DNA from: a phage
Sequence record: PZ871095.1
Direction: 5' to 3' (one strand)
Length of the DNA: 44,927 nucleotides
The notes beneath the pieces are model-generated. The model saw nothing but the letters and a program-made list of their open reading frames with translations, had not been told where the DNA came from and ran no database searches. Position numbers and translations under genes: made by a program. Of this stretch, positions 44,832 through 44,927 are shown piece by piece. Positions within the stretch are counted from its first letter, which is position 1, and the number at the start of each line of letters is the position of its first letter.

Positions 44832-44927
44832 CCCTCCCAGCCTGCCGATTTGGTGGGCTTTTTTGTGCCTGTTATAATCCCAATTAGATGGCAGGGCCGT
44901 CTCCTATGTTGCCGATGGTCGGCGCAT

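Noticed and set aside
1-44927. Integrase, excisionase, CI-like repressor or attachment site indicating a prophage
   Set aside because: No tyrosine or serine recombinase motifs or repressor-like ORFs were recognised. The window appears to be a virion-type genome; temperate lifestyle is not supported, though a search was not possible.

Overview
This window reads as a complete or near-complete ~45 kb tailed-phage genome of siphovirus type, with lambda-like tail-tip genes and its own replication machinery. All calls rest on reading the six-frame translations and the DNA by eye; no database search was run, so family names are motif-based recognition, not hits. Two transcription blocks are visible. 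A rightward block (36.8 kb through the window end, continuing from position 1 to 24.0 kb) encodes an HTH regulator, primase/helicase, small unknown genes, the lysis cassette (holin, endolysin), an HTH-metallophosphoesterase, terminase small and large subunits, portal, head morphogenesis protein, an embedded spanin pair, scaffold, major capsid, head-tail joining proteins, major tail protein, a frameshifted tail chaperone, tape measure, M/L/K/I/J-like tail-tip proteins and a tail fiber with a C-terminal chaperone domain. A leftward block (36.4 down to 24.1 kb) encodes an acidic repeat protein, a Cas4-like nuclease, an SSB-like protein, family A DNA polymerase, VRR-NUC nuclease, SNF2-type helicase, a compact C5-methyltransferase-like protein, an HNH-like protein, a Dam-type methyltransferase and a HAD hydrolase. 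The two blocks diverge at 36.4-36.8 kb and converge on a hairpin terminator near 24.06 kb. No integrase or CI-like repressor was recognised, which suggests a virulent lifestyle. The most unusual signals are non-coding: two clusters of GCGGGACA repeats (about 12-14 copies at 11.76-12.01 kb, about 7 at 39.59-39.70 kb), each followed by a near-identical 49-nt bulged hairpin, and a TTGGTTGCA/TGCAACCAA motif recurring at most recognisable promoters. Also notable are a probable -1 frameshift site in the tail chaperone, a minus-strand gene pair inside the head module, a Cor-like lipoprotein gene, and an exact 63-bp tandem duplication in the tail fiber gene.
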